A DNA stretch of 64,000 bases from Escherichia coli (lineage in GTDB: Bacteria > Pseudomonadota > Gammaproteobacteria > Enterobacterales > Enterobacteriaceae), in assembly GCF_050920415.1 (NCBI RefSeq), contig NZ_CP169309.1; one strand, written 5' to 3'. Positions 11,721 to 27,712 of the stretch are shown here, one piece after another. Positions within the stretch are counted from its first letter, which is position 1. Every line of letters starts with the position of its first letter. Under the pieces are notes generated by a model. The model was given only the letters and a program-made list of their open reading frames with translations. It searched no databases and had not been told where the DNA came from. The translations under genes and the position numbers were made by a program.

Positions 11721-12791
11721 ATGCAAAAAGACGCGCTGAATAACGTACATATTACCGACGAACAAGTTTTAATGACTCCGGAACAACTGAAGGCCGCTTT
11801 TCCATTAAGCCTGCAACAGGAAGCCCAGATTGCTGACTCGCGTAAAACCATTTCAGATATTATCGCCGGGCGCGATCCTCGTCTGTTGGTAGTATGTGGT
11901 CCTTGTTCCATTCATGATCCGGAAACTGCTCTGGAATATGCTCGTCGATTTAAAGCCCTTGCCGCAGAGGTCAGCGATAGCCTCTATCTGGTAATGCGCG
12001 TCTATTTTGAAAAACCCCGTACCACTGTCGGTTGGAAAGGGTTGATTAACGATCCCCATATGGATGGCTCTTTTGATGTAGAAGCCGGGCTGCAGATCGC
12101 GCGTAAATTGCTGCTTGAGCTGGTGAATATGGGACTGCCACTGGCGACGGAAGCGTTAGATCCTAATAGCCCGCAATACCTGGGCGATCTGTTTAGCTGG
12201 TCAGCAATTGGTGCTCGTACAACGGAATCGCAAACACACCGTGAAATGGCCTCCGGGCTTTCCATGCCGGTTGGTTTTAAAAACGGCACCGACGGCAGCC
12301 TTGCAACGGCTATTAACGCTATGCGTGCCGCCGCCCAGCCGCACCGTTTTGTTGGCATTAACCAGGCAGGGCAGGTTGCGTTGCTACAAACTCAGGGGAA
12401 TCCGGACGGGCATGTGATCCTGCGCGGTGGTAAAGCGCCGAACTATAGCCCTGCGGATGTTGCGCAATGTGAAAAAGAGATGGAACAGGCGGGACTGCGC
12501 CCGTCTCTGATGGTAGATTGCAGCCACGGTAATTCCAATAAAGATTATCGCCGTCAGCCTGCGGTGGCAGAATCCGTGGTTGCTCAAATCAAAGATGGCA
12601 ATCGCTCAATTATTGGTCTGATGATCGAAAGTAATATCCACGAGGGCAATCAGTCTTCCGAGCAACCGCGCAGTGAAATGAAATACGGTGTATCCGTAAC
12701 CGATGCCTGCATTAGTTGGGAAATGACCGATGCCTTGCTGCGTGAAATTCATCAGGATCTGAACGGGCAGCTGACGGCTCGCGTGGCTTAA
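11721..12791 (+). CDS. aroF: DAHP synthase, Tyr-sensitive (AroF)
   Basis: [30 protein letters not shown]...; ORF track begins 69 nt upstream. Confidence 0.95.
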   Translation: MQKDALNNVHITDEQVLMTPEQLKAAFPLSLQQEAQIADSRKTISDIIAGRDPRLLVVCGPCSIHDPETALEYARRFKALAAEVSDSLYLVMRVYFEKPRTTVGWKGLINDPHMDGSFDVEAGLQIARKLLLELVNMGLPLATEALDPNSPQYLGDLFSWSAIGARTTESQTHREMASGLSMPVGFKNGTDGSLATAINAMRAAAQPHRFVGINQAGQVALLQTQGNPDGHVILRGGKAPNYSPADVAQCEKEMEQAGLRPSLMVDCSHGNSNKDYRRQPAVAESVVAQIKDGNRSIIGLMIESNIHEGNQSSEQPRSEMKYGVSVTDACISWEMTDALLREIHQDLNGQLTARVA

Positions 12792-12801
12792 GAGGTTTAT
12801 T

Positions 12802-13923
12802 ATGGTTGCTGAATTGACCGCATTACGCGATCAAATTGATGAAGTCGATAAAGCGCTGCTGAATTTATTAGCGAAGCGTCTGGAACTGGTTGCTGAAGTT
12901 GGCGAGGTGAAAAGCCGCTTTGGACTGCCTATTTATGTTCCGGAGCGCGAGGCATCTATGCTGGCCTCGCGGCGTGCAGAGGCGGAAGCTCTGGGTGTAC
13001 CGCCAGATCTGATTGAGGATGTTTTGCGTCGGGTGATGCGTGAATCTTACTCCAGTGAAAACGACAAAGGATTTAAAACGCTTTGTCCGTCTCTGCGTCC
13101 GGTGGTTATCGTCGGTGGTGGCGGTCAGATGGGACGTCTGTTCGAGAAGATGCTGGCACTCTCGGGTTATCAGGTGCGGATTCTGGAGCAACATGACTGG
13201 GATCGAGCGGCTGATATTGTTGCCGATGCCGGAATGGTGATTGTTAGTGTGCCCATCCACGTTACTGAACAAGTTATTGGCAAATTACCGCCTTTACCGA
13301 AAGATTGTATTCTGGTCGATCTGGCATCGGTGAAAAATGGACCATTACAGGCCATGCTGGCGGCGCATGATGGTCCGGTGCTGGGGTTACACCCGATGTT
13401 CGGCCCGGACAGCGGTAGCCTGGCAAAGCAAGTTGTGGTCTGGTGTGATGGACGTAAGCCGGAAGCATACCAATGGTTTCTGGAGCAAATTCAGGTCTGG
13501 GGCGCTCGGCTGCATCGTATTAGCGCTGTCGAGCACGATCAGAATATGGCGTTTATTCAGGCACTGCGCCACTTTGCTACTTTTGCTTATGGGCTGCACC
13601 TGGCAGAAGAAAATGTTCAGCTTGAGCAACTTCTGGCGCTTTCTTCGCCGATTTACCGCCTTGAGCTGGCGATGGTTGGGCGACTGTTTGCTCAGGATCC
13701 GCAACTGTATGCCGACATTATTATGTCGTCAGAGCGTAATCTGGCGTTAATCAAACGTTACTATAAGCGTTTCGGCGAGGCGATTGAGTTGCTGGAGCAG
13801 GGCGATAAGCAGGCGTTTATTGACAGTTTCCGCAAGGTGGAGCACTGGTTCGGCGATTACGCACAGCGTTTTCAGAGTGAAAGCCGCGTGTTATTGCGTC
13901 AGGCGAATGACAGTCGCCAGTAA
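12802..13923 (+). CDS. tyrA: T-protein: chorismate mutase / prephenate dehydrogenase (TyrA)
   Basis: 373-aa [44 protein letters not shown]... Confidence 0.97.
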   Translation: MVAELTALRDQIDEVDKALLNLLAKRLELVAEVGEVKSRFGLPIYVPEREASMLASRRAEAEALGVPPDLIEDVLRRVMRESYSSENDKGFKTLCPSLRPVVIVGGGGQMGRLFEKMLALSGYQVRILEQHDWDRAADIVADAGMVIVSVPIHVTEQVIGKLPPLPKDCILVDLASVKNGPLQAMLAAHDGPVLGLHPMFGPDSGSLAKQVVVWCDGRKPEAYQWFLEQIQVWGARLHRISAVEHDQNMAFIQALRHFATFAYGLHLAEENVQLEQLLALSSPIYRLELAMVGRLFAQDPQLYADIIMSSERNLALIKRYYKRFGEAIELLEQGDKQAFIDSFRKVEHWFGDYAQRFQSESRVLLRQANDSRQ

Positions 13924-13965
13924 TAATCCAGTGCCGGGTGGCGTGTTTCACCCGGCACGATTTCA

Positions 13966-15126
13966 TTATGCCGGATCGACTGGTACCACATTCTCGCTTG
14001 GGTAACAGCCCAGGACTTTCATCGAGCGAGTGATTTCACCTAGCTCTTTCAACGCCTGTTGCATTTCCGCTGATTCCAGATTGGCCTGAATATCCAGATA
14101 AAACATCTCTTCCCACGGGTTTCCGTGAATCGGGCGTGATTCCAGACGGGTCATAATCAGATTGTGGTTGCGCAGTACCAGCAACGCTTCAACCAGCGCA
14201 CCAGCTTGTTGTCCGGTCGCCATTAACAACGTCGTTTTCGCCGGAACCTGGTCAGAAACGTTAATGGCTTTACGTGCCAACACCACAAATCGGGTGAAGT
14301 TTTGTCGCTGATTCGCTTCAATATGCTCCAGTACCTGCAAACCGTACAAAGTGCCGCCAGCTTCGCTTCCCAACGCAGCAACATGCGGTGATTTTGCCTG
14401 TGCAACCTTTTCCATTGCCGCAGACGTACTTTCGGTATATTCAATCTTCCAGTGCGGATAACGATTAAGGAATTTGCTGCATTGCTGGAATGGCTGCGGA
14501 TGGCTGTAGACCGTATTAATGGTGGATAAATCAGTAGTGCCGGAGACCAACAAACAATGATCGATAGTTAACGTCATCTCGCCAACAATCGACAAACTGG
14601 TATGTTGCAGCAGATCGTAAACGTCGTTTATGGCACCGGAGCTGGTATTTTCAATCGGTACGACGGCATAGTCGGCCTGGCCGGTTTCCACCTGATTAAA
14701 AATATCGGCAAATTTGGCGCAGCCACTTTCAATGAATTGCTCAAAGTGACGCGCAGCGTACTGACGAGCGGCAAGATGTGAATAGGAGCCTTTGGGGCCG
14801 AGAAAAGCGATGCGTGCTGAGTGCGGATTAATTTTATTGAGATGTTGCTGGAGCAGTGCCTGCTGAGTTAATACGGAATCTTCAATGATGAGCTGGAACA
14901 GGCGAGTAATGTAATGGGCGTCCAGATGGTGCGCTTTACCGAGCGTAATTAATCTTTCCAGCAAATCGCGTTCGCGATCAATATCACGTACCGGGCGATG
15001 AGAGAGCAGTTTGGCTTTTCCCACCTCGACGGCCAGTTCGCGCCGCTCTGCCAGTAATGCTAATAATTTTTCATCCAGCGCGCTGATTTTCTCTCGCAGC
15101 GCCAGTAACGGGTTTTCCGATGTCAT
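13966..15126 (-). CDS. pheA: P-protein: chorismate mutase / prephenate dehydratase (PheA)
   Basis: 386-aa [42 protein letters not shown]... Confidence 0.97.
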   Translation of the reverse strand: MTSENPLLALREKISALDEKLLALLAERRELAVEVGKAKLLSHRPVRDIDRERDLLERLITLGKAHHLDAHYITRLFQLIIEDSVLTQQALLQQHLNKINPHSARIAFLGPKGSYSHLAARQYAARHFEQFIESGCAKFADIFNQVETGQADYAVVPIENTSSGAINDVYDLLQHTSLSIVGEMTLTIDHCLLVSGTTDLSTINTVYSHPQPFQQCSKFLNRYPHWKIEYTESTSAAMEKVAQAKSPHVAALGSEAGGTLYGLQVLEHIEANQRQNFTRFVVLARKAINVSDQVPAKTTLLMATGQQAGALVEALLVLRNHNLIMTRLESRPIHGNPWEEMFYLDIQANLESAEMQQALKELGEITRSMKVLGCYPSENVVPVDPA

Positions 15127-15148
15127 AGTGTTGCCTTTTTGTTATCAA

Positions 15149-15178
15149 TAAAAAAGGCCCCCCGGTTTGGGAGGCCTT
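15149..15178 (-). terminator. pheA attenuator terminator
   Basis: Minus-strand RNA aaggccucccaaaccggggggccuu followed by U-run, between pheL stop and pheA start. Confidence 0.8.
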
Positions 15179-15224
15179 ATTGTTCGTCTTCGCATTCTGT
15201 TTCACACGACGAAACGCCTCCCAT

Positions 15225-15272
15225 TCAGGGGAAGGTAAAAAAGAATGCGAAGAAAAACGGTGTGTGTTTCAT
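15225..15272 (-). CDS. pheL: pheA leader peptide (15 aa, 7 Phe codons)
   Basis: atgaaacacacaccgtttttcttcgcattcttttttaccttcccctga = [15 protein letters not shown]; too short for the ORF track. Confidence 0.9.
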   Translation of the reverse strand: [15 protein letters not shown]

Positions 15273-15375
15273 GTTTGTTTCCTTAAGTGACTTTAGTACA
15301 GTACCCGTACTGTTTTCACGCTGTCAACAAAAAACGCGCCCGAAGGCGCGTTGGCGATACACTCAATATAAAGGA

Positions 15376-15771
<396 letters not shown>

Positions 15772-15908
15772 TCAAAATGTGTGATGGAAATCTCATAATT
15801 TTGTCACTTTTTGTCAACGAATCTTTTTTGTGAGAAATCGCAGGAAGAGGTGTTTTTTTACTTGAGGAATATCTCAAAGCGAGCCATATTTGATGAGATC
15901 GGTAGTGA

Positions 15909-16688
15909 CTAAATCGCTTCAGTTACACAACTAACAGAATAAAAAAACGGTAGCTCAAGGCTGTAATGCCAGTCAGTTAAGCAACTGACTGGCTCTTTTT
16001 TGGGGCTGTGGGGTATTTCCAGGGCCTCTCCTTTACCACTCTCGGGAAGGCCCTTTCCCTTCTTGTCGGTAATTTCACAAGTTGTCCCATACTTGCAAGA
16101 TCGCGCATCAGCTCCGGTATACGTCCCGGTGAAGCGCATGGCGTCCGTCATCGACGTCAGCAGATGGCTGGTCAGTTCCATCTGGCAGACCATTTTGACC
16201 TGCGGGTAGAGCGCCGGGGTCCCGGTATGTGTCTGGCGAGGGAAGGCTGCATCGTTCTCTGGTGTATCCGGTGTGCGCCAGAACACACCATCGATGGCCA
16301 GCAGGGTCAGGCCGCACCAGTGCGGATGCGGCGTGGCGTTATGCCAGAGCTGCGCTGTTTTCGTGAACACGCGGCGGACAGCCTCACTTCCCAGGCGCTG
16401 GCGGGCCTGAATAACGGCACTGGGGGCAACGAAGGGGCGATTGCCCGGCAGCATGATGTCCAGGCGATTCACAATCTGGTGAAGAGGTTCTTTACGCTCA
16501 AGCGCCATGCCAACAATACACCAGACCATCATTTCGAGGGGAAGACGGCGCTTGCGTAGCGTTACAGTACCTGATTCGGCAAGGCAACGAGAGATGAGTT
16601 CGGGGTCGAGGTAATCCCCCAGAGAAGTCAGTGGGTTACGCAGAGAATCGTAACGGGATACCAAATCAAGGGCCTGTCCAATGAGCAT
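15909..16688 (-). pseudogene. Truncated IS4-family transposase; N-terminal ~175 aa conserved, catalytic region lost or out of frame
   Basis: ORF MLIGQALDLVSRYDSLRNPLTSLGDYLDPELISRCLAESGTVTLRKRRLPLEMMVWCIVGMALERKEPLHQIVNRLDIMLPG... recognised as IS4 transposase N-terminus; ORF reads out through the element end. Confidence 0.75.
15952..15963. repeat. Target-site duplication, left copy
   Basis: agctcaaggctg immediately outside the IS end; identical copy at 16775-16786. Confidence 0.7.
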
Positions 16689-16773
16689 AAAAAAAATCCG
16701 GAAACGAGTGAGCGTTTCCGGATTCTTACACAGGCACTGGATCGGTCAACTGATCCTTAACTGATCGGCATTA
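15964..16773 (-). mobile_element. Internally deleted IS4-family insertion sequence (~810 bp versus ~1.4 kb full length)
   Basis: Imperfect terminal inverted repeats taatgccagtcagttaag (15964-15981) and taatgccgatcagttaag (reverse complement of 16756-16773); flanking 12-bp direct repeats; transposase fragment inside. Confidence 0.8.
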
Positions 16774-16774
16774 C

Positions 16775-16786
16775 AGCTCAAGGCTG
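16775..16786. repeat. Target-site duplication, right copy
   Basis: agctcaaggctg, identical to 15952-15963. Confidence 0.7.
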
Positions 16787-16809
16787 CCGTTTTGTGTTTC
16801 AGGTTTCTG

Positions 16810-17547
16810 TTATGTATTGCTGCTGTTTGCGGCGATGATTTTCGCTACTTTTTCAGCTTGCGCATTCATCTGCATCTGACGGTATGCATTTTCCATCAGC
16901 GGCAGCGCATCACGCGTAGCCTGGGTATCCGGATAGTCGCGCAACATGTCTTCTACGCGGTTAACGACAGCAACCCATGCACCACGTTCTGTATAGTACT
17001 CGGCAACGGAGTATTCATATTTCGCCAGACGATCTTTCAGGAATACCAGACGTTTGGTGGCATCGGTGGTGTACTGACTGTTCGGATAGCCGCGCACCAG
17101 TTTGGAAAAGTCACTAAACGCAGCTCGTGCATGTTGAGGATCGCGATCGCTACGGTCAACGCCAAAGAACCCTTGCAGCGCACTGTCATCCAGCGCCATA
17201 TTGGTCAGGCCACGCATGTACATGACATAATCGATATTCGGATGGGTCGGGTTAAGGCGAATAAAACGATCGATGGCAGCCTGTGCTAACGGCAAATCGG
17301 CGTTTTTATAGTAGGCGTAGATGAGATCCAGCTGCACCTGCTGCGAATACGGACCAAACGGATAGCGATTATCTAACGCTTCCAGTTGCGTTATTGCCTG
17401 TCTCCAGTTACCGTCCTGCAGCTTTTGTTGTGCAGTCGCGTAAATTTCATTTGGCGGATTATCAGGTACTTCTTCCTTTGACCCCGAGCAACCCGCCAAA
17501 AACAGGCTTAGTGTGGCGGCTGCCACCAGATATTTCATGCGCGTCAT
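16810..17547 (-). CDS. bamD: Outer membrane protein assembly factor BamD (YfiO), TPR lipoprotein
   Basis: 245-aa [54 protein letters not shown]... Confidence 0.95.
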   Translation of the reverse strand: MTRMKYLVAAATLSLFLAGCSGSKEEVPDNPPNEIYATAQQKLQDGNWRQAITQLEALDNRYPFGPYSQQVQLDLIYAYYKNADLPLAQAAIDRFIRLNPTHPNIDYVMYMRGLTNMALDDSALQGFFGVDRSDRDPQHARAAFSDFSKLVRGYPNSQYTTDATKRLVFLKDRLAKYEYSVAEYYTERGAWVAVVNRVEDMLRDYPDTQATRDALPLMENAYRQMQMNAQAEKVAKIIAANSSNT

Positions 17548-17681
17548 GACGTTTTGACTTTCCTCAAAATGTAATACGGGAGATTCTCTGTTCCTGCTCC
17601 CGGTTAAGACCAGCTACAATAGCACACTATATTAAACGGCAAAGCCGTAAAACCCCAACGATAAACGAAGAAGCAGTATAT

Positions 17682-18662
17682 ATGGCACAACGAGTACAGC
17701 TCACTGCAACGGTGTCCGAAAACCAACTCGGTCAACGCTTAGATCAGGCTTTGGCCGAAATGTTCCCGGATTATTCACGTTCGCGAATAAAAGAATGGAT
17801 CCTCGACCAGCGCGTGCTGGTTAACGGCAAAGTTTGCGATAAGCCGAAAGAAAAAGTATTGGGTGGCGAGCAGGTGGCCATCAACGCTGAGATTGAAGAA
17901 GAAGCGCGTTTTGAACCGCAGGATATCCCGCTGGATATCGTCTATGAAGATGAAGATATCATCGTCATTAATAAACCACGCGACCTGGTGGTACATCCTG
18001 GCGCGGGTAACCCGGATGGCACGGTACTGAATGCGTTGCTTCATTATTATCCGCCCATTGCCGATGTACCGCGTGCGGGCATCGTCCATCGTCTGGATAA
18101 AGACACCACCGGCCTGATGGTTGTGGCAAAAACCGTTCCGGCTCAGACGCGTTTAGTCGAATCTTTGCAACGGCGTGAAATTACTCGTGAGTATGAAGCG
18201 GTGGCAATTGGTCATATGACCGCTGGCGGTACAGTAGATGAACCAATCAGCCGCCACCCGACCAAACGTACTCACATGGCGGTGCATCCGATGGGTAAAC
18301 CGGCGGTCACTCACTATCGCATCATGGAACACTTCCGTGTGCACACGCGTCTGCGGTTGCGTCTGGAAACCGGACGTACGCACCAGATCCGCGTGCATAT
18401 GGCCCATATCACTCATCCGCTGGTGGGCGATCCGGTTTATGGCGGCCGTCCGCGTCCGCCAAAAGGTGCTTCGGAAGCGTTTATCTCCACGCTGCGTAAG
18501 TTTGACCGCCAGGCGCTTCATGCAACCATGCTGCGTCTTTATCACCCGATCTCCGGCATCGAAATGGAATGGCATGCGCCTATTCCACAAGATATGGTGG
18601 AGCTGATTGAGGTGATGCGCGCCGATTTCGAAGAGCATAAGGATGAAGTGGACTGGTTATGA
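17682..18662 (+). CDS. rluD: 23S rRNA pseudouridine synthase RluD
   Basis: 326-aa ORF with S4 domain and RluA-family motif HRLDKDTTG. Confidence 0.95.
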   Translation: MAQRVQLTATVSENQLGQRLDQALAEMFPDYSRSRIKEWILDQRVLVNGKVCDKPKEKVLGGEQVAINAEIEEEARFEPQDIPLDIVYEDEDIIVINKPRDLVVHPGAGNPDGTVLNALLHYYPPIADVPRAGIVHRLDKDTTGLMVVAKTVPAQTRLVESLQRREITREYEAVAIGHMTAGGTVDEPISRHPTKRTHMAVHPMGKPAVTHYRIMEHFRVHTRLRLRLETGRTHQIRVHMAHITHPLVGDPVYGGRPRPPKGASEAFISTLRKFDRQALHATMLRLYHPISGIEMEWHAPIPQDMVELIEVMRADFEEHKDEVDWL

Positions 18663-19390
18663 GTAAGCTGATTGTCCCGCAGTGGCCGCTGCCAAAAGGT
18701 GTTGCGGCCTGTAGCTCTACCCGTATCGGCGGCGTGAGCTTGCCGCCGTATGACTCGCTCAACCTCGGTGCCCATTGTGGCGATAACCCGGATTACGTCG
18801 AGGAAAATCGTAAGCGACTTTTTGCTGCGGGCAATTTGCCTTCAAAACCGGTCTGGCTTGAGCAGGTACACGGCAAAGATGTGCTTAAGCTTACTGGCGG
18901 ACCTTATGCCTCAAAACGAGCGGATGCCTCTTATAGCAATACGCCCGGCACGGTTTGCGCCGTGATGACGGCTGACTGCCTCCCTGTGCTGTTTTGCAAT
19001 CGAGCGGGAACGGAAGTCGCCGCCGCTCATGCTGGCTGGCGTGGACTGTGCGCAGGCGTGCTGGAAGAGACGGTTTCCTGTTTTGCTGATAATCCCGAAA
19101 ACATTCTCGCCTGGTTAGGGCCGGCAATTGGTCCACGCGCGTTTGAAGTGGGAGCGGAGGTTCGCGAGGCGTTTATGGCAGTAGACGCCAAAGCGAGTGC
19201 AGCTTTCATTCAGCATGGAGATAAATATCTGGCGGATATTTATCAGCTTGCCCGGCAGCGTCTGGCGAATGTTGGTGTTGAGCAAATTTTCGGCGGTGAC
19301 CGCTGTACATACACAGAAAATGAGACATTCTTCTCTTATCGTCGCGACAAGACCACTGGTCGTATGGCAAGTTTCATTTGGCTGATATAA
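18659..19390 (+). CDS. yfiH: YfiH/PgeF (DUF152 laccase-domain protein)
   Basis: 243-aa ORF; start overlaps rluD stop (ATGA). Confidence 0.9.
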   Translation: MSKLIVPQWPLPKGVAACSSTRIGGVSLPPYDSLNLGAHCGDNPDYVEENRKRLFAAGNLPSKPVWLEQVHGKDVLKLTGGPYASKRADASYSNTPGTVCAVMTADCLPVLFCNRAGTEVAAAHAGWRGLCAGVLEETVSCFADNPENILAWLGPAIGPRAFEVGAEVREAFMAVDAKASAAFIQHGDKYLADIYQLARQRLANVGVEQIFGGDRCTYTENETFFSYRRDKTTGRMASFIWLI

Positions 19391-19452
19391 CCTAAAGAAT
19401 CAAGACGATCCGGTACGCGTGATTTTCTTTTCACATTAATCTGGTCAATAAC

Positions 19453-19480
19453 CTTGAATAATTGAGGGATGACCTCATTT
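19453..19480 (+). promoter_or_regulatory. clpB: sigma32 heat-shock promoter of clpB
   Basis: CTTGAA 19453-19458, 14-bp spacer, CCTCATTT 19473-19480. Confidence 0.6.
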
Positions 19481-19519
19481 AATCTCCAGTAGCAACTTTG
19501 ATCCGTTATGGGAGGAGTT

Positions 19520-22093
19520 ATGCGTCTGGATCGTCTTACTAATAAATTCCAGCTTGCTCTTGCCGATGCCCAATCACTTGCACTCGGGCACGACAACCAA
19601 TTCATCGAACCACTTCATTTAATGAGCGCCCTGCTGAATCAGGAAGGGGGTTCGGTTAGTCCTTTATTAACATCCGCCGGCATCAATGCTGGTCAGTTGC
19701 GCACAGATATCAATCAGGCATTAAATCGTTTACCGCAGGTTGAAGGCACTGGTGGCGATGTCCAGCCCTCACAGGATCTGGTGCGCGTTCTTAATCTTTG
19801 CGACAAGCTGGCGCAAAAACGTGGTGATAACTTTATCTCGTCAGAACTGTTCGTTCTGGCGGCACTTGAGTCTCGCGGCACGCTGGCCGACATCCTGAAA
19901 GCAGCAGGGGCGACCACCGCCAACATTACTCAAGCGATTGAACAAATGCGTGGAGGTGAAAGCGTGAACGATCAAGGAGCTGAAGACCAACGTCAGGCTT
20001 TGAAAAAATACACTATCGACCTCACCGAACGAGCCGAACAAGGCAAACTCGATCCGGTGATTGGCCGTGATGAAGAAATTCGCCGTACCATTCAGGTACT
20101 GCAACGTCGTACTAAAAATAACCCGGTGCTGATTGGTGAACCAGGCGTTGGTAAAACAGCCATCGTTGAAGGTCTGGCTCAGCGTATTATCAATGGCGAA
20201 GTACCGGAAGGGCTGAAAGGCCGCCGCGTACTGGCGCTGGATATGGGCGCGCTGGTGGCCGGGGCGAAATATCGCGGTGAGTTTGAAGAACGTTTAAAAG
20301 GCGTGCTTAACGATCTCGCCAAACAGGAAGGCAACGTCATCCTGTTTATCGACGAATTACATACCATGGTCGGTGCGGGTAAAGCCGATGGCGCAATGGA
20401 TGCCGGCAACATGCTGAAACCGGCGCTGGCGCGTGGTGAATTGCACTGCGTAGGTGCCACGACGCTTGACGAATATCGCCAGTACATCGAAAAAGATGCT
20501 GCGCTGGAACGTCGTTTCCAGAAAGTGTTTGTTGCCGAGCCTTCTGTTGAAGACACCATTGCTATTCTGCGTGGCCTGAAAGAACGTTACGAACTGCACC
20601 ACCATGTGCAAATTACTGACCCGGCAATTGTTGCAGCGGCGACGTTGTCTCATCGCTACATTGCTGACCGTCAGTTGCCGGATAAAGCCATCGACCTGAT
20701 CGATGAAGCAGCATCCAGCATTCGTATGCAGATTGACTCAAAACCAGAAGAACTCGACCGACTCGATCGTCGTATCATCCAGCTCAAACTGGAACAACAG
20801 GCGTTAATGAAAGAGTCTGATGAAGCCAGTAAAAAACGCCTGGATATGCTCAACGAAGAACTGAGCGACAAAGAACGTCAGTATTCCGAGTTAGAAGAAG
20901 AGTGGAAAGCTGAGAAAGCGTCGCTTTCTGGTACGCAGACCATTAAAGCGGAACTGGAACAGGCGAAAATCGCCATTGAACAGGCTCGCCGTGTGGGTGA
21001 TCTGGCGCGGATGTCTGAACTGCAATATGGCAAAATTCCAGAACTGGAAAAGCAACTGGAAGCCGCAACGCAGCTCGAAGGCAAAACTATGCGTCTCTTG
21101 CGTAATAAAGTGACCGACGCCGAAATTGCTGAAGTGCTGGCGCGTTGGACGGGGATTCCGGTTTCTCGCATGATGGAAAGCGAGCGCGAAAAACTGCTGC
21201 GTATGGAGCAAGAACTGCACCATCGCGTTATTGGTCAGAACGAAGCGGTTGATGCGGTATCTAACGCTATTCGTCGTAGCCGTGCGGGGCTTGCGGATCC
21301 AAATCGCCCGATTGGTTCATTCCTGTTCCTTGGCCCAACTGGTGTGGGTAAAACTGAGCTTTGTAAGGCGCTGGCGAACTTTATGTTTGATAGCGACGAG
21401 GCGATGGTCCGTATCGATATGTCCGAGTTTATGGAGAAACACTCGGTGTCTCGTCTGGTTGGTGCGCCTCCGGGATATGTCGGTTATGAAGAAGGTGGCT
21501 ACCTGACCGAAGCGGTGCGTCGTCGTCCGTATTCCGTCATCCTGCTGGATGAAGTGGAAAAAGCGCATCCGGATGTCTTCAACATTCTGTTGCAGGTACT
21601 GGATGATGGACGTCTGACTGACGGGCAGGGGAGAACGGTCGACTTCCGTAATACGGTTGTCATTATGACCTCTAACCTAGGTTCCGATTTGATTCAGGAA
21701 CGCTTCGGTGAACTGGATTATGCGCACATGAAAGAGCTGGTACTCGGTGTGGTAAGCCATAACTTCCGTCCGGAATTCATTAACCGTATCGATGAAGTGG
21801 TGGTCTTCCATCCGCTGGGTGAACAGCACATTGCGTCGATTGCGCAGATTCAGTTGAAACGTCTGTACAAACGTCTGGAAGAACGTGGTTATGAAATCCA
21901 CATTTCTGACGAGGCGCTGAAACTGCTGAGCGAGAACGGTTACGATCCGGTCTATGGTGCACGTCCTCTGAAACGTGCTATCCAGCAGCAGATCGAAAAC
22001 CCGCTGGCACAGCAAATACTGTCTGGTGAATTGGTTCCGGGTAAAGTTATTCGCCTGGAAGTTAATGAAGACAGGATTGTCGCCGTCCAGTAA
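19520..22093 (+). CDS. clpB: Disaggregase ClpB (Hsp100 AAA+)
   Basis: 857 aa from ATG 19520: [39 protein letters not shown]...; two Walker A boxes GEPGVGKT and GPTGVGKT. Confidence 0.97.
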
Positions 22094-22097
22094 TGAT

Positions 22098-22125
22098 AAA
22101 ACGAGTCCTTCGGGGCTCGTTTTTG
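22098..22125 (+). terminator. clpB rho-independent terminator
   Basis: Hairpin acgagtccttcggggctcgt followed by ttttt 22121-22125. Confidence 0.55.
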
Positions 22126-22207
22126 TCTATAAATTAGACGGAAAAGACTATATTCAAGATGTTTTGCCTGAAAAATGAGCGAACGATAAAGTTTTTATAT
22201 TTTTCGC

Positions 22208-22235
22208 TTGTCAGGCCGGAATAACTCCCTATAAT
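22208..22235 (+). promoter_or_regulatory. rrn P1 promoter
   Basis: TTGTCA 22208-22213, 16-bp spacer, TATAAT 22230-22235, GC-rich discriminator gcgccacc, AT-rich UP element upstream. Confidence 0.7.
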
Positions 22236-22326
22236 GCGCCACCACTGACACGGAACAACGGCAAACACGCCGCCGGGTCAGCGAGGTTCTCCTGAGAATC
22301 TCGACAGAGAAAAGCAAAAAAAATGC

Positions 22327-22354
22327 TTGACTCTGTAGCGGGAAAGCGTATTAT
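22327..22354 (+). promoter_or_regulatory. rrn P2 promoter
   Basis: TTGACT 22327-22332, 16-bp spacer, TATTAT 22349-22354. Confidence 0.7.
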
Positions 22355-22391
22355 GCACACCCCGCGCCGCTGAGAAAAAGCGAAGCGGCAC

Positions 22392-22404
22392 TGCTCTTTA
22401 ACAA
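22392..22404 (+). promoter_or_regulatory. rrn leader boxA antitermination element
   Basis: tgctctttaacaa in the leader between P2 and 16S. Confidence 0.6.
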
Positions 22405-22535
22405 TTTATCAGGCAATCTGTGTGGGCACTCGAAGATACGGATTCTTAACGTCGCAAGACGAAAAATGAATACCAAGTCTCAAGAGTGAACACGTAATTC
22501 ATTACGAAGTTTAATTCTTTGAGCATCAAACTTTT

Positions 22536-24070
<1,535 letters not shown>

Positions 24071-24241
24071 CCTTAAAGAACTGTTCTTTGCAGTGCTCAC
24101 ACAGATTGTCTGATGAAAAGTGAATAGCAAGGCGTTTACGCGTTGGGAGTGAGGCTGAAGAGAATAAGGCCGTTCGCTTTCTGTTAATGAAAGCTCACCC
24201 TACACGAAAATATCACGCAGCGCGTGATAAGCAATTTTCGT

Positions 24242-24317
24242 GTCCCCTTCGTCTAGAGGCCCAGGACACCGCCCTTTCACGGCGGTAACAGGGGTTCGAA
24301 TCCCCTAGGGGACGCCA
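24242..24317 (+). tRNA. gltW: tRNA-Glu (UUC) in the 16S-23S spacer
   Basis: gtccccttcgtctagaggcccaggacaccgccctttcacggcggtaacaggggttcgaatcccctaggggacgcca, 76 nt, anticodon TTC in context ccctTTCacgg. Confidence 0.97.
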
Positions 24318-24501
24318 CTTGCTGGTTTGTGAGTGAAAGTCGCCGACCTTGATATCGTTAAAGATGACTTACGAGTCATGTTTAAGATATTTGCTCTTTA
24401 AAAATCTGGATCAAGCTGAAAATTGAAACACTGAACAACGAAAGTTGTTCGTGAGTCTCTCAAATTTTCGCAATCAGAAGTGAAACATCTTCGGGTTGTG
24501 A

Positions 24502-27401
<2,900 letters not shown>

Positions 27402-27494
27402 ACAACGCCGAAGATGTTTTGGCGGATTGAGAGAAGATTTTCAGCCTGATACAGATTAAATCAGAACGCAGAAGCGGTCTGATGAAACAGAATT

Positions 27495-27614
27495 TGCCTG
27501 GCGGCCTTAGCGCGGTGGTCCCACCTGACCCCATGCCGAACTCAGAAGTGAAACGCCGTAGCGCCGATGGTAGTGTGGGGTCTCCCCATGCGAGAGTAGG
27601 GAACTGCCAGGCAT
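27495..27614 (+). rRNA. rrfG: 5S ribosomal RNA
   Basis: 120 nt tgcctggcggccttagcgcggtggtcccacctgaccccatgccgaactcag...gggaactgccaggcat. Confidence 0.95.
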
Positions 27615-27626
27615 CAAATTAAGCAG

Positions 27627-27654
27627 AAGGCCATCCGTCAGGATGGCCTTTTTG
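27627..27654 (+). terminator. rrn operon terminator
   Basis: Hairpin aaggccatccgtcaggatggcctt followed by T-run. Confidence 0.7.
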
Positions 27655-27671
27655 CGCTGGTGCGGAAAAAA

Positions 27672-27712
27672 TGCCGGATGCGACGCTGGCTGCATCTTAT
27701 CCGTCCTACGCT
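27672..27712. repeat. REP-like palindromic element
   Basis: gccggatgcgacgctggctgcatcttatccgtcctac resembles the REP consensus. Confidence 0.4.

Noticed and set aside
15909-15963. 3' tail of the IS4 transposase ORF extending beyond the element end
   Set aside because: This part of the 259-aa ORF is read-through into chromosomal DNA after the internal deletion, not real coding sequence.
16008-16559. 183-aa plus-strand ORF inside the IS4 remnant
   Set aside because: Antisense to the transposase fragment; no recognisable domain.
19391-19519. Possible RyfD small RNA near the clpB 5' region
   Set aside because: I recall an sRNA annotated near clpB in K-12 but cannot reconstruct its sequence or strand, and the spacer is largely explained by the clpB sigma32 promoter and leader.
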